Positions 39,933 to 49,433 of a DNA stretch of 64,000 nt are shown here, piece after piece. The notes below the pieces were generated by a model that saw nothing but the letters and a program-made list of their open reading frames with translations, had not been told where the DNA came from and searched no databases. Source of the stretch: a virus. A program made the translations under genes and the position numbers. Position 1 is the first letter of the stretch, and each line of letters starts with the position of its first letter. Where the stretch lies: positions 3,382 to 67,381 of IMG/VR virus record IMGVR_UViG_3300031885_000008; one strand, 5' to 3'.

Positions 39933-40259
39933 CTAGTAGCCAGTCCAGAAAAGGTCGACGTTGGCGTGTCCCGACACGTTGACCGCTGCGGTCGTCTCCG
40001 CTCCGGGAGCACCGTTTGTGCTGACGAACGCTTGCACCTTGCCCACCGAGGAAATCTGAAGCCACCGAAGGGCCGACCCGTCATAGTGCGGAATGGGCGC
40101 TGTCGGAATGACTGTGATGCCCGGCGGCAGACTTGCAGTGATGTCATACCCACCAGTGGGGTACGACGTATCAAGCGTCACTCGGATCCTCCCGCTCATC
40201 AGCGGTGCCGACGGCTGTCGCCCTGAATCAACGGGAGTTCCAATGATCGAAATGGCCAT
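39933..40259 (-). CDS. Head decoration-like protein
   Basis: LDTSYPTGG motif; AGGAG RBS; directly after MCP. Confidence 0.65.
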   Translation of the reverse strand: MAISIIGTPVDSGRQPSAPLMSGRIRVTLDTSYPTGGYDITASLPPGITVIPTAPIPHYDGSALRWLQISSVGKVQAFVSTNGAPGAETTAAVNVSGHANVDLFWTGY

Positions 40260-40339
40260 TTCTTTTCTCCTCTACCCCGTAGCAATATTTTGCACCATAC
40301 GGCTGGGTGCCAAAAATTACTTCGGAAACGCGCGCGCTA

Positions 40340-41272
40340 TCAGACGGCGCGAACTCCAGTTGCCTTCACCACTGCGGGCTCATGGGCGAATCGGAAATCC
40401 ACCCGAGCCGTCACCACGATGATGTACACGCCGGCCGAGGCGTCCTTGTCGGTGTCGATTCGGATATTCCTCCAAATGCCGAAAAGCATGTTCGCGGGAT
40501 CCGTGAAAAGCACCACTGTCTCGTTGGTGCTTCCGCCGAGATTCACCGGGAAAATCGGAACGCCAATCACAGGAATTCCCTGGAACGGACGAGATTCCGA
40601 AGCCTGAACTTGCTCATCACCCAGAGGCGTCGCGCGATCGCCGAGGCTCTCCTGGTAATCGATATTGGCCTCATCCGCGGTGAAGAAGCGAAGGCTTCTT
40701 CGATCACGCCGAAACGCCGACGGCATGGTCTTCAACGCGTCTTTCAGCACTGACCGCTGAAGCGTAGCGCCACCGGCCGCGACAGTGTTCGTGAACGCCG
40801 ACGTGATGAACCCGTTCAGCGTCTTGAGCAGCTCATCGCTGGACGAGGTGATCCCGTTGAATGCCAACTCCTCCAGCTCCAACGCGATCTTGGCAGCCAT
40901 CGTCTCCTGTACGGTTTGCTCGAACCGCTGCCGCTCGATCGAATCCTCCAACGCCTCAAACGAAAGTCTCGTCTCCGCCTTCACGAGTTGGGCGTCCAGC
41001 TCCACCTTGCTGGTGGTCGGAACAGAACGCTGTGCGTAGGGCAGTGCCGTCGCTTCGGTTCCCTTCCTCAGCGTCCGACCCTCATACCGAATCTTCTCCC
41101 TCAATTCCTTTGGTGACGTCATGTCCACACGCGTCATCATGGGAATCACAACTGCCTGATCGATGAGCAGTTGAATGAACCGATCTCGCTGCGCCGACTG
41201 AAGAAGGCCGCCGGGCGCGAAATTCGACAGAAGAAAATCTGCCTTTTGGACTATGAACCTGTTGTCTTCCAT
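40340..41272 (-). CDS. Major capsid protein (HK97 fold)
   Basis: Start MEDNRF after GAGGAG; GGLL...RFI...ALEDSIE...ELAFNG...TARVD. Confidence 0.9.
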   Translation of the reverse strand: MEDNRFIVQKADFLLSNFAPGGLLQSAQRDRFIQLLIDQAVVIPMMTRVDMTSPKELREKIRYEGRTLRKGTEATALPYAQRSVPTTSKVELDAQLVKAETRLSFEALEDSIERQRFEQTVQETMAAKIALELEELAFNGITSSSDELLKTLNGFITSAFTNTVAAGGATLQRSVLKDALKTMPSAFRRDRRSLRFFTADEANIDYQESLGDRATPLGDEQVQASESRPFQGIPVIGVPIFPVNLGGSTNETVVLFTDPANMLFGIWRNIRIDTDKDASAGVYIIVVTARVDFRFAHEPAVVKATGVRAV

Positions 41273-41285
41273 TTCACGCGCTCCT

Positions 41286-42554
41286 CTACATAATCCATGG
41301 CGATTTGAGAACGCCACGGCGATCCGCATTTGCCTCAGGCTTGCCCTCGGGGCGGCTCGCTGGAATCTGCGGTGTGGATGCAATCTTCTCCACCGTAGAC
41401 ACCAACGCGTCAAGCCGCTTCATCACCGATGCAAGCACGCCTTCACCCTTGCTGGCCGGATCATCTCCGGTCGGACCCACCCCAACGTTGGGAAGAACCC
41501 CGGACTCGACCGCCGGTGGTATCGGCTGGTCCACCATGGCCCGCTTCTCAGCCGTCGTGATCAGCGCATCGACACGCCTCTTCAGCTCTTCCACAACCTT
41601 TGTCAACTGATCCACCAGCAGGGTTTGAGCAGCCGTCGGCTCTTCTGCGTTTGCCGATTCAGGCAAAAGCGCCTTCGTGACGCCGCACATCTCGACCTGC
41701 AAGGCGGCCAATGCCTCGGGGTCCGGCGCCTCAGCGATTCGCTGAATCACCGAAGCCAGCACTTTCATTTTGTCTGCGAATTCCGTTCCCAGAGCGGAAA
41801 GGGAAGCGACCACAGGCGCATCCGGAGGACTCGCTTGGGTCTCCTCTGCCTTTTGCTCCAGGGCCACAGGAGTTTCTTCCATGACATTCTCCTCGACCTT
41901 GGCAACCTCAGCACCTGAGGTCGGCGATGGATATTTCTCAACCAACGTATTCAGAGCTATTGCGAGCTGCCGAATTTTCGTGATGCAGTCTGACGCGAGT
42001 GAATCTTCCTGCGCCGCCTGCTTAGACAGCTCCAACGCTTGCTCGCCAATGGCGGCTAGGGTTGTGGCGACGACGCCCTCCGCCTTTGCAACCGGCGAAG
42101 GATACCGCGAAATTACACTCCCCAACAGATCGGCGATTGCCTTGATCTCTACACCGAGGGCGTTGTCCAGCGGAGCGTCCGAGGCTGCCGTTGTCTCTTC
42201 CGAATCCTTCACCATGTTGGCAACGGATACGGTACGCTCCAACACCTCGGTCAAAATGCGCAAGATGCCCTCCTTCACCGTCGAGGGCATCCCCGCCGAG
42301 CCACTTCCTTCAGCCGAGCTTCCCTCCGGAGACGTAGCTGGCTGCCCAACTTCTTCTGCCTTATTGATATTGTCCACGGATCCACCTCGTTGCTTGACCA
42401 CAAGGAAACGGCGTCGATTGGCGGCTCGGTCAACGATTGAAACCTCTTCCACAAGGATGTCGTGCAATCGAAACGCGGCTTCGTCCTCGTCGGGACTCCC
42501 TCCGAGGAACGCTCTCGCAACAGCTAGCACGCTATCCAGTTTTCTGATTTCCAC
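41286..42554 (-). CDS. Scaffold protein carrying an N-terminal prohead-protease fragment
   Basis: RLHDILVEEVSIVDRAAN...FLVVK, then Ala/Glu/Pro-rich helical region; precedes MCP. Confidence 0.75.
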   Translation of the reverse strand: MEIRKLDSVLAVARAFLGGSPDEDEAAFRLHDILVEEVSIVDRAANRRRFLVVKQRGGSVDNINKAEEVGQPATSPEGSSAEGSGSAGMPSTVKEGILRILTEVLERTVSVANMVKDSEETTAASDAPLDNALGVEIKAIADLLGSVISRYPSPVAKAEGVVATTLAAIGEQALELSKQAAQEDSLASDCITKIRQLAIALNTLVEKYPSPTSGAEVAKVEENVMEETPVALEQKAEETQASPPDAPVVASLSALGTEFADKMKVLASVIQRIAEAPDPEALAALQVEMCGVTKALLPESANAEEPTAAQTLLVDQLTKVVEELKRRVDALITTAEKRAMVDQPIPPAVESGVLPNVGVGPTGDDPASKGEGVLASVMKRLDALVSTVEKIASTPQIPASRPEGKPEANADRRGVLKSPWIM

Positions 42555-42562
42555 GTTGTTGA

Positions 42563-45500
42563 CTATATCTCGCGATTGTTACAGGACGAAAGCTTTTCTC
42601 GCAATGCTGTGCCGCCCATTGAAAATCCAGTAAACTCACCCGCCTGAATGGCCGCCCATATTTTGTCGTCTCTAACTCTGGAAGCCAAGAACCATGTTCC
42701 AGTCGGAAACGTTTCTTCCCCGTGCGTCTCTGGTTGCTTGGAGAGGTAGGACTCCAAAACTTGTATGCCCTCGATCGGCTCACCTTGGTGCATAACCCGG
42801 AACTTTCCGCCGAAAAATTCCAAAAACGAATGAGCAGCTTTGCGTACGTCCGCAGCCGTGTACACGTCGCCCTGCGCATCAGTCTCATCTGGAATCAGCA
42901 CCACGCCAAACACATATCGCTCTGAGGTGTCCTTGGTTGGCTCCACAGCCTTCACGATACGCACTGCACGGCCATTCTTGCGAACGTTTTTCATGTCCGC
43001 CTCTCCAGCCTCCAAGGCATCTTTTGAACCAGAGGAGATCTCTCCTGGACGAAGCAACGCCTTCAACTCCGAAATCGTTGTCGGAGGCATATCAACTTTC
43101 GCCAGTGCCTGCGCCGGCCCAAACCACCTAATGCGAATCGGAGGCCCCTCCTCGAAAAATATTTCGGTCGTTGTCGTCGCGATAACGTCTCCGACATTCG
43201 CATCCAGTTTACGGTTTCCCGTCCGACCGACCATCACCCAATGCTTCCCGTTCAGCTCGACAGGCTCAGCCCACTGAGACAGCTCCCCCTCTGGAATTGG
43301 ACCGATGGCGCCAACAAAATTGTAAACGCCAGGCGACCCTTTCACCTCGTGCCGTTCAACAACCATCGCGAGAATTTCCCGGACGACTTTCACCTTCACC
43401 CACAAATCCTGCTCCCCACCGAGCGAGTAGGTGGAGCCGATCTGTTTGAGCATCGCCCCCTCAGACCCGGGCTTTGCACTCATCACCTTCATCCGCTGAA
43501 GGAGTTCCTCCCGAGAAACCGCAAGCAACCCGGGAGCCTTCAAAATGTGGGGAGCCGAATCCTTATGTTCGAGCAACCAGGCGCCCAAACTCGCTTCGCG
43601 TTTTGCCAGCGGTTGCGCAAGTAGGTTCCCCAACGTGGGGTGATACAGCATGTCAAACACAACAAACCGAAGCTGCTCATCGTCAGCCGGCGCTGTCCCT
43701 CGGAACTGCGCCAAATCTGCACGGGGGAGAAACTCATCGGTGGTACCTGGCACGAGCGCCATAATCTCACCGTCGAGAATGAAGCTCCCCCCGAGGCCTT
43801 CCAAATCCTTTGTCAGGCCAGGCAGGATCTTAGCGAGGTCGCGCTGCGCGTCCTCCGTATAAATCATCACCCCCTCATCCAAAACGTCATCGTCGAGACC
43901 GGCCTCCCATCGTTCCGCGATTGCTCGAAAGCCGTTGTACTTTGGCTCAACTCGAACGCCATCCGCAAGTAGGGCGTCGGTGAAGGCTTCGCGAGCGGCC
44001 GTCTCGGGATCTGTGAATCGATTGGAGGGACGCGGCGCAGGTTTCATCGGCTGAAACAAAGCTGGAGGCCGAAGTTTCTCGCGGTCTCCCCCCCGGTCGT
44101 CAGTCTCAGACCTCGATGCAATGTCCCACATTTGCATTCCGTCCTCCCGCACCCGAACGGACTTCTCTATCGAGGGCACATTCCTGGACGGCACACTTCC
44201 AGGCGAAAAAATCCAAAAGTCGCTTCCGACTTCTTCCAGGACCAGCGTAAACAAGCCCTTCAGTTTGGACCCCCGAAACCGAAGCTTCTTGAAGGTTGGC
44301 TGATCGTCCAACACGTCGACCTTTCCCTGGTCGATTATCTTCATTGTCGAAGGAGTCGCCTTTGTATTGTTCAGACGAATTCCGCCAACTTCAAGCCCTG
44401 GCGAGGCATCCCCCTCGAACGTCAGAAGCTCATCGCTGCCCTCAACCAAAACCGCCAAAATTGATTCCTCACCTGATAAAGGATCAATTTGCAGTTGAAA
44501 ATCTTGTACACGCCCTCCCGCTGGAACAGGAAGCATCAGGTGGAAAATTTGCCTACTGGGTGTCCCACGAACAACGGTCTGCCCCTTCCAATATTGCCAG
44601 GACAGTACAAAGTCCGAAACACGAACCTGCTTATCAAGCTGCTCGACGTCGATGGCGTCGGAACGCACCTTGGTGGAGATTCTCGTGTAATCTCCGTCGA
44701 CGAAACGAACGTTCTCCTCAGTGAAAAACTTGGAGGACACCAACGCATCCCGAATTTTTCGGGCCTCAGCTTCCCCGTCAGCCTCCCAAAACCGAAACTC
44801 ACGTGGCGTGATTGCCATCAACGACGAGGGCATCGCCGACTGCCCAAGCGGAGGCATCGCGCCAGTCTCCACCGAACGACTGCGAAGGATCGAAGGCAAC
44901 GCAACCTTGGCAAATCCGGACGTCCAGAACATCTCGCCCGTGCCAGTGAGATCTTCAGTAGACCGGCTGACGCCGCCTTCGAGCATGCGGAACGTCAAGG
45001 TCCCCTCAAACTCTGGCGTACCAAACACAAAATACTCGTGAAAATGGGGATCTTGTTTGCCCCATTCGACTTTGAGCTTCGCCAGCTCGACGTAAACGCC
45101 TGCCTCAAATCGCGTCGCTCCAACCGACCCTGGCTCGAACACAACGTCCCCAATCGTCAGCCACTCGAGAGGCTGCCTCGACTTCGGAACGGCGTAGACA
45201 CGGCTCGGAAGGATCATCGCCTTGTTGGCCGCCGACCCCTCCATATCAAATGGAGCCATGACACGATTGGCTTCCTCAATCGTATCCACTTTCCCAGTAA
45301 TTCCAGGCTTCATCGCCGCAATCGTCCATCCAACCAGATAGTCGGCGACCTGCATACGGAGGTCGAGATGATAGCCCGACCCCCTAAAATGAGCCTGTAG
45401 AACTCCGGACCGCTCCCCAAGCTTCTTCGGCCAATCTAAAAGCGGGTCGTCTTGCTTCGCTACCATCTCGATCTGGACTTTTCTGGCATGCGGAACCAGC

Positions 45501-46600
45501 ACCAGATCGTACAACGGAACGTGGGTCGTGAACGGACCCCCCTGCGAATCGTCATGAAACTGAACACGGGAAGACAGCCGAGGGGGCAATGCGCGGCCAA
45601 GCCGAAACTTGATCACATGCCTGGTCTCTTCATCCAACGGACCCCGAATGAGCACGTCAATATCATTGTCCGACTTCCGATGGTTGCACAATGACCCCAC
45701 CAAAAAGACCGCCGGCATTCGCAGAGCCATCGGTTGGGACCAGTGCGCCAGCACCTCGTCCAAGGTCGCCGGGTCATCGTGATGCTTCCCAAGTCCGCTC
45801 GGATGAATCACCGCAAACTTTGAACCAATAACAGACTTGAGAACTGCAGCCGCCCCATCCAATCCAGGATCGGACGTCAACTCGAGTCCCCTCCGGCGAC
45901 CTTCCTCCATTACGAAAATGTAAGCGTTGACTACGTCTTCCCGTGAAGCGCCGCCTCCACTGTTAGCCGAGTTCCCCGCAAAAAATTCCGTAAACCACAG
46001 GATCAAATCTTTCTGGGCAGTCCTCAAATCCTCATCTGAGAGAGAGCGTAGTCGCTCAGGATCGGGTGCGGCAACAAACTGCATCACGTCAAACGCTACG
46101 GCCTTGACCACATCCTGGTCAAAGTCGACCTCGCCGCCGAAGCGTCGTCCTTCTGGAGCTTGCCGAAGCTTCAACGGAGGATCAAACACAACCACGAGCT
46201 GTAGCGGCAAATACCAGATGTTCTTCTCGGTTGAAAATTCCTCGGCCGTCAGCGGGTCTATTCCAGCTCGCTGCTCCTTGGACAGTTCAACCATTGAAGC
46301 CATGGCTATCGGAGCGTCTTGAGCGACAACGGCCCATACGAACACGCTCTTCGGGTTGCTCTGGGAAAGCTCGTTCACGAGCGCCTGGGGATCTCCAACT
46401 CGTTCGGTGCGCTGGCGACGAGAAAGCAACGCTGCGGACTCCCCCTGGCGCAGCCGTCTTACAAGGAATTGGGGATCCGGAACTTTGAGCGCCGGCAGCA
46501 CGCCACGAGGTGGCTCAAATTTGCTCACCCGAAACGCTCCCTGCCCTGAAATAGTTTCCGTGGTCAAACCCGTCACCGCCGCTGGAAAAGAATCTTCCAT
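42563..46600 (-). CDS. Polyprotein: ASCH-like + DenV-like + nucleotidyltransferase + two LigD-PE-like + ATP-dependent DNA ligase + XkdF-type prohead protease
   Basis: VFLVGSL...SDNDIDVLI; LQAH...HLDLR; EPKYNGFR / LDGEI / FVVFD / EGAMLK / WVKVK; FGVVLIPD..DAQGD...MHQG...GFSMGG. ASCH and DenV calls are weaker than the rest. Confidence 0.85.
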   Translation of the reverse strand: MEDSFPAAVTGLTTETISGQGAFRVSKFEPPRGVLPALKVPDPQFLVRRLRQGESAALLSRRQRTERVGDPQALVNELSQSNPKSVFVWAVVAQDAPIAMASMVELSKEQRAGIDPLTAEEFSTEKNIWYLPLQLVVVFDPPLKLRQAPEGRRFGGEVDFDQDVVKAVAFDVMQFVAAPDPERLRSLSDEDLRTAQKDLILWFTEFFAGNSANSGGGASREDVVNAYIFVMEEGRRRGLELTSDPGLDGAAAVLKSVIGSKFAVIHPSGLGKHHDDPATLDEVLAHWSQPMALRMPAVFLVGSLCNHRKSDNDIDVLIRGPLDEETRHVIKFRLGRALPPRLSSRVQFHDDSQGGPFTTHVPLYDLVLVPHARKVQIEMVAKQDDPLLDWPKKLGERSGVLQAHFRGSGYHLDLRMQVADYLVGWTIAAMKPGITGKVDTIEEANRVMAPFDMEGSAANKAMILPSRVYAVPKSRQPLEWLTIGDVVFEPGSVGATRFEAGVYVELAKLKVEWGKQDPHFHEYFVFGTPEFEGTLTFRMLEGGVSRSTEDLTGTGEMFWTSGFAKVALPSILRSRSVETGAMPPLGQSAMPSSLMAITPREFRFWEADGEAEARKIRDALVSSKFFTEENVRFVDGDYTRISTKVRSDAIDVEQLDKQVRVSDFVLSWQYWKGQTVVRGTPSRQIFHLMLPVPAGGRVQDFQLQIDPLSGEESILAVLVEGSDELLTFEGDASPGLEVGGIRLNNTKATPSTMKIIDQGKVDVLDDQPTFKKLRFRGSKLKGLFTLVLEEVGSDFWIFSPGSVPSRNVPSIEKSVRVREDGMQMWDIASRSETDDRGGDREKLRPPALFQPMKPAPRPSNRFTDPETAAREAFTDALLADGVRVEPKYNGFRAIAERWEAGLDDDVLDEGVMIYTEDAQRDLAKILPGLTKDLEGLGGSFILDGEIMALVPGTTDEFLPRADLAQFRGTAPADDEQLRFVVFDMLYHPTLGNLLAQPLAKREASLGAWLLEHKDSAPHILKAPGLLAVSREELLQRMKVMSAKPGSEGAMLKQIGSTYSLGGEQDLWVKVKVVREILAMVVERHEVKGSPGVYNFVGAIGPIPEGELSQWAEPVELNGKHWVMVGRTGNRKLDANVGDVIATTTTEIFFEEGPPIRIRWFGPAQALAKVDMPPTTISELKALLRPGEISSGSKDALEAGEADMKNVRKNGRAVRIVKAVEPTKDTSERYVFGVVLIPDETDAQGDVYTAADVRKAAHSFLEFFGGKFRVMHQGEPIEGIQVLESYLSKQPETHGEETFPTGTWFLASRVRDDKIWAAIQAGEFTGFSMGGTALREKLSSCNNREI

Positions 46601-46601
46601 G

Positions 46602-46979
46602 TCACTCTACGCCGGACGCCGTTTTGCTGTCTGGGTCACTCCTATCTGGACTCCAGCCTCTATCCGCCGCTGGAGGAGTCCATGATTCCTTTCGCAGAGT
46701 CGTCCGCAATGCTCTCGGAAGCAGGTCGAACGTTTTTTGCATCGAAAAATGCATGTCGCCACGCATTCTCAGAAACCAATCCAGGCAAATATTGGTGCGT
46801 TCCTGAATTTCAGCCCGCGTTGCAGGAGCCTGCAGCAGAATGATCCGTCCCGCAGGCTGGCGATCGTTCTCAAACGACGCCTGCACAATCGCAGCAATCC
46901 TCATCGTTATCAGATCTCGCTGCGCCTGATCCGAAGCAAGACTGTACACCAATGCCTGCCGTGACATCCCAACCGTCAA
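46602..46979 (-). CDS. Hypothetical protein
   Basis: Packed between portal and polyprotein. Confidence 0.6.
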   Translation of the reverse strand: MTVGMSRQALVYSLASDQAQRDLITMRIAAIVQASFENDRQPAGRIILLQAPATRAEIQERTNICLDWFLRMRGDMHFSMQKTFDLLPRALRTTLRKESWTPPAADRGWSPDRSDPDSKTASGVE

Positions 46980-47416
46980 GATTTTTCCCTCCGCGCTCGA
47001 GTACCACCTGTGACCTTGAGCTGCACCTTGTCCGCTGTTCCAAGCGTCAACGCTGTAATACGGAAGGCAGCATCATGCCCTCGAACGGCTGCCAACGCAG
47101 TGATGCCTGTGGTCAACGAGGCAACCGTCGAAAGAATTCTCCATCGCCGCCCAACCGTCGAAATAGCATCGGGCGTCGCGATGAGAATTTCAATAGTTAG
47201 CGCCCCTCCAACGTCGGCCACCCCCAGCTTTTCCCAGTCAGCTACAAGCTGGACGTCGTCCCACTCTCGAGCGTCCAAGGTAACTGCCTCGGAGATAACT
47301 CCCGCAGAAATCTCCCCGGCGCTCAAATTATCAGGCGTCCAATCTGCAGCATCCGAAGCAGCTCGATTTGGCCGAACGACTACCGCAGCGTCTTGGCTGT
47401 AAAGCCTCTTTTTCAC
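46976..47416 (-). CDS. Hypothetical beta-rich protein
   Basis: GTGA overlap with portal stop; GAGGAGG RBS. Confidence 0.6.
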   Translation of the reverse strand: MKKRLYSQDAAVVVRPNRAASDAADWTPDNLSAGEISAGVISEAVTLDAREWDDVQLVADWEKLGVADVGGALTIEILIATPDAISTVGRRWRILSTVASLTTGITALAAVRGHDAAFRITALTLGTADKVQLKVTGGTRARREKS

Positions 47417-49203
47417 TGAGCATCCTCCTCATTCGATTTTCGAGAGAGCCTCCCGACAGCCTCGTCAAGATCCTGAAGCGTCGTATCCGCCACCTGCGGC
47501 AATGCTGGACCAGCAATTCCGACAAACGGTTGGGCCGGCTGTCGTTGCACCCCCGGCAGCGACGAATTCGTGTCACCCATGGTCAGCTCCACCATGGTCA
47601 ACTGCAGCGGTTGCTTTGCCCAATCCTGTTCGATGGGCGCAAACGCGCATCCCATAATGTCACTTGCCAACTCCCGACCTTCGTTCGGCGTAATAACACC
47701 GACCTTTGACAAACTCGAAATAACCTCAGCCCCGGTGCTCTGATCTCGAGATTGGGGTCCGTTCGTCCGAAATAGCCATAACAAAATTCCAAGCTCGGAA
47801 AATACAACTCTATTTACCCACGAATCGAACTCTGTACGTTCCGGATTGAATACTTGCTCATCGGCAAAGCGTAGGGAACTTTCAGCCGTCCCGCGGTTGA
47901 AATCACGAACGTCTCCTCTCAACAACCTAGGCAGTCGAAAAGAAGATCCAACCTTGTCGGTATTTCTCTCGTCGTATTTTTGAAACAGCGCATCCCCTTG
48001 CTGGGCGTCGGTGAGCCGTTCCATCTTGATCACGGGGTTTTCTCGAGGAGACAACGGATCGTTATCTGTCTCAGCCTCTATCACGAGAATCTTGTGAAAA
48101 TTCTCTCTGCCACGCAAATTGTCTCGAATGTAGGTCTCAATCGTGGCTACGGATTCCGCCGCAAGCCGACCACCAGACACGAGCAAGGCCAGAGGAGGAA
48201 CGGATTTGTTGTCAAAATAATTGTAGTTCACTTCCTCTGAGGCTCGCGACCCCAACACCGACAACAAACTTCCAATCCAACGAGGTTGCCCGTACGGCTC
48301 GCCCGTGGCGTATATCTTGAAGTGCGCAATTTCAGTTGCAGGTTGATCGTGCTGCCCGGCATGCTTCGTAAACGTGGCAATATCCGAATAGACGTAGCCT
48401 GTATCCCGCGATACAACCCTCGGATCTCCGAGTTCCTTGAACCAAACAAGCTTTGCCCCAATGGCTTGAACGTATCGCCTGAAAAAACGAGGTTGTCGGA
48501 TTGTTTCCCAACTCAGCCCATGTCGAACCCGCTCCGTCACAATAATCGGATCGACATCCAAACCTGTACAACGCATGTATGAGGGTGGCACGTGTACAAA
48601 TCGAGCAAGCCGTCCTTGCCGATCCCTCAAACATTCCCAGTAACCATTTCCGGTTATCTCAATATCCTGCCGGGTTATTCTCCTAAGCGTAACGAACGAA
48701 CTCGACGGGCTGACATGCTCAAAAAATGACACGAGCTTTCCATACTCAAGCCGTGCACGAATTTTGAGACCCTCGATAGCCAGGGCGACCTCCGCATCGG
48801 AGGGTCGCAAATGCACAGGGTCATTTGCGTTTGGCTGAAGGGATGACCCAGGAAGACTGACATGCTCCTCCGCTTCAGAAACACGCTCAAGCCACATAGC
48901 GTCGCGAACGCGCTCAAACGAAGCGTCAGAGTTCAAATCAATTCGTGGCGCAAACCGATGCCCAAGACCATCAATGTTCGTAACGTACGCCTGCACATTT
49001 GGGCCGAGCGCCCCAGAATTCTCGTACCACCGAATGAGAACCAACGGATCGTAAACTGGCGCAAGAACCTGGGCTTGACGAAAAAGTCCCCCAAGGATGT
49101 CCGCCTGCTCGTCCTGTATTGACGCTGGCGCATGGACGTCAGCGCCGGCAATCCGAGCCTTCACCGTCGTGTGCCTCGGAAACTCTCGCGACGTATCAGT
49201 CAT
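47413..49203 (-). CDS. Portal protein (PBSX family)
   Basis: DIEITGNGYWE...EIAHFK...YGQPRW...YFDNKSVP...FNRGTAE...TPNEGR. Confidence 0.93.
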   Translation of the reverse strand: MTDTSREFPRHTTVKARIAGADVHAPASIQDEQADILGGLFRQAQVLAPVYDPLVLIRWYENSGALGPNVQAYVTNIDGLGHRFAPRIDLNSDASFERVRDAMWLERVSEAEEHVSLPGSSLQPNANDPVHLRPSDAEVALAIEGLKIRARLEYGKLVSFFEHVSPSSSFVTLRRITRQDIEITGNGYWECLRDRQGRLARFVHVPPSYMRCTGLDVDPIIVTERVRHGLSWETIRQPRFFRRYVQAIGAKLVWFKELGDPRVVSRDTGYVYSDIATFTKHAGQHDQPATEIAHFKIYATGEPYGQPRWIGSLLSVLGSRASEEVNYNYFDNKSVPPLALLVSGGRLAAESVATIETYIRDNLRGRENFHKILVIEAETDNDPLSPRENPVIKMERLTDAQQGDALFQKYDERNTDKVGSSFRLPRLLRGDVRDFNRGTAESSLRFADEQVFNPERTEFDSWVNRVVFSELGILLWLFRTNGPQSRDQSTGAEVISSLSKVGVITPNEGRELASDIMGCAFAPIEQDWAKQPLQLTMVELTMGDTNSSLPGVQRQPAQPFVGIAGPALPQVADTTLQDLDEAVGRLSRKSNEEDAQ

Positions 49204-49433
49204 GTTGGCGACGCTATCACGAAGATCTCCGAATCGCACGTGTCGTCCCACAAATTATCTTGGAAGCTGTCATCGATCACCACCTCATCACCACCAAATA
49301 TTTCCGATCCCACCAGGAAACAACAAACGACAGCTACAGCAATAACGAGTGCAAAAATATCTACAGTCCACCTCGAACGCGCCAGGTCCCAAGGTTCAGA
49401 CGTACGTCGACGTCTATAGCTCTCCAGCTCCAT
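49200..49433 (-). CDS. Small membrane protein
   Basis: GGAGGAGGAG RBS; IFALVIAVAVVCCFLVG; ATGA overlap with portal start. Confidence 0.55.
   Translation of the reverse strand: MELESYRRRRTSEPWDLARSRWTVDIFALVIAVAVVCCFLVGSEIFGGDEVVIDDSFQDNLWDDTCDSEIFVIASPT

Noticed and set aside
40340-41413. Longer starts in the ORF track for MCP (41413), terL (51964), portal (49251) and fibre (4093)
   Set aside because: They overlap neighbouring genes or IS ends; downstream starts have an RBS or translational coupling
42555-42600. Possible frameshift fusing the polyprotein to the scaffold at GAAAAG
   Set aside because: The -1 frame hits TAA before reaching the scaffold start
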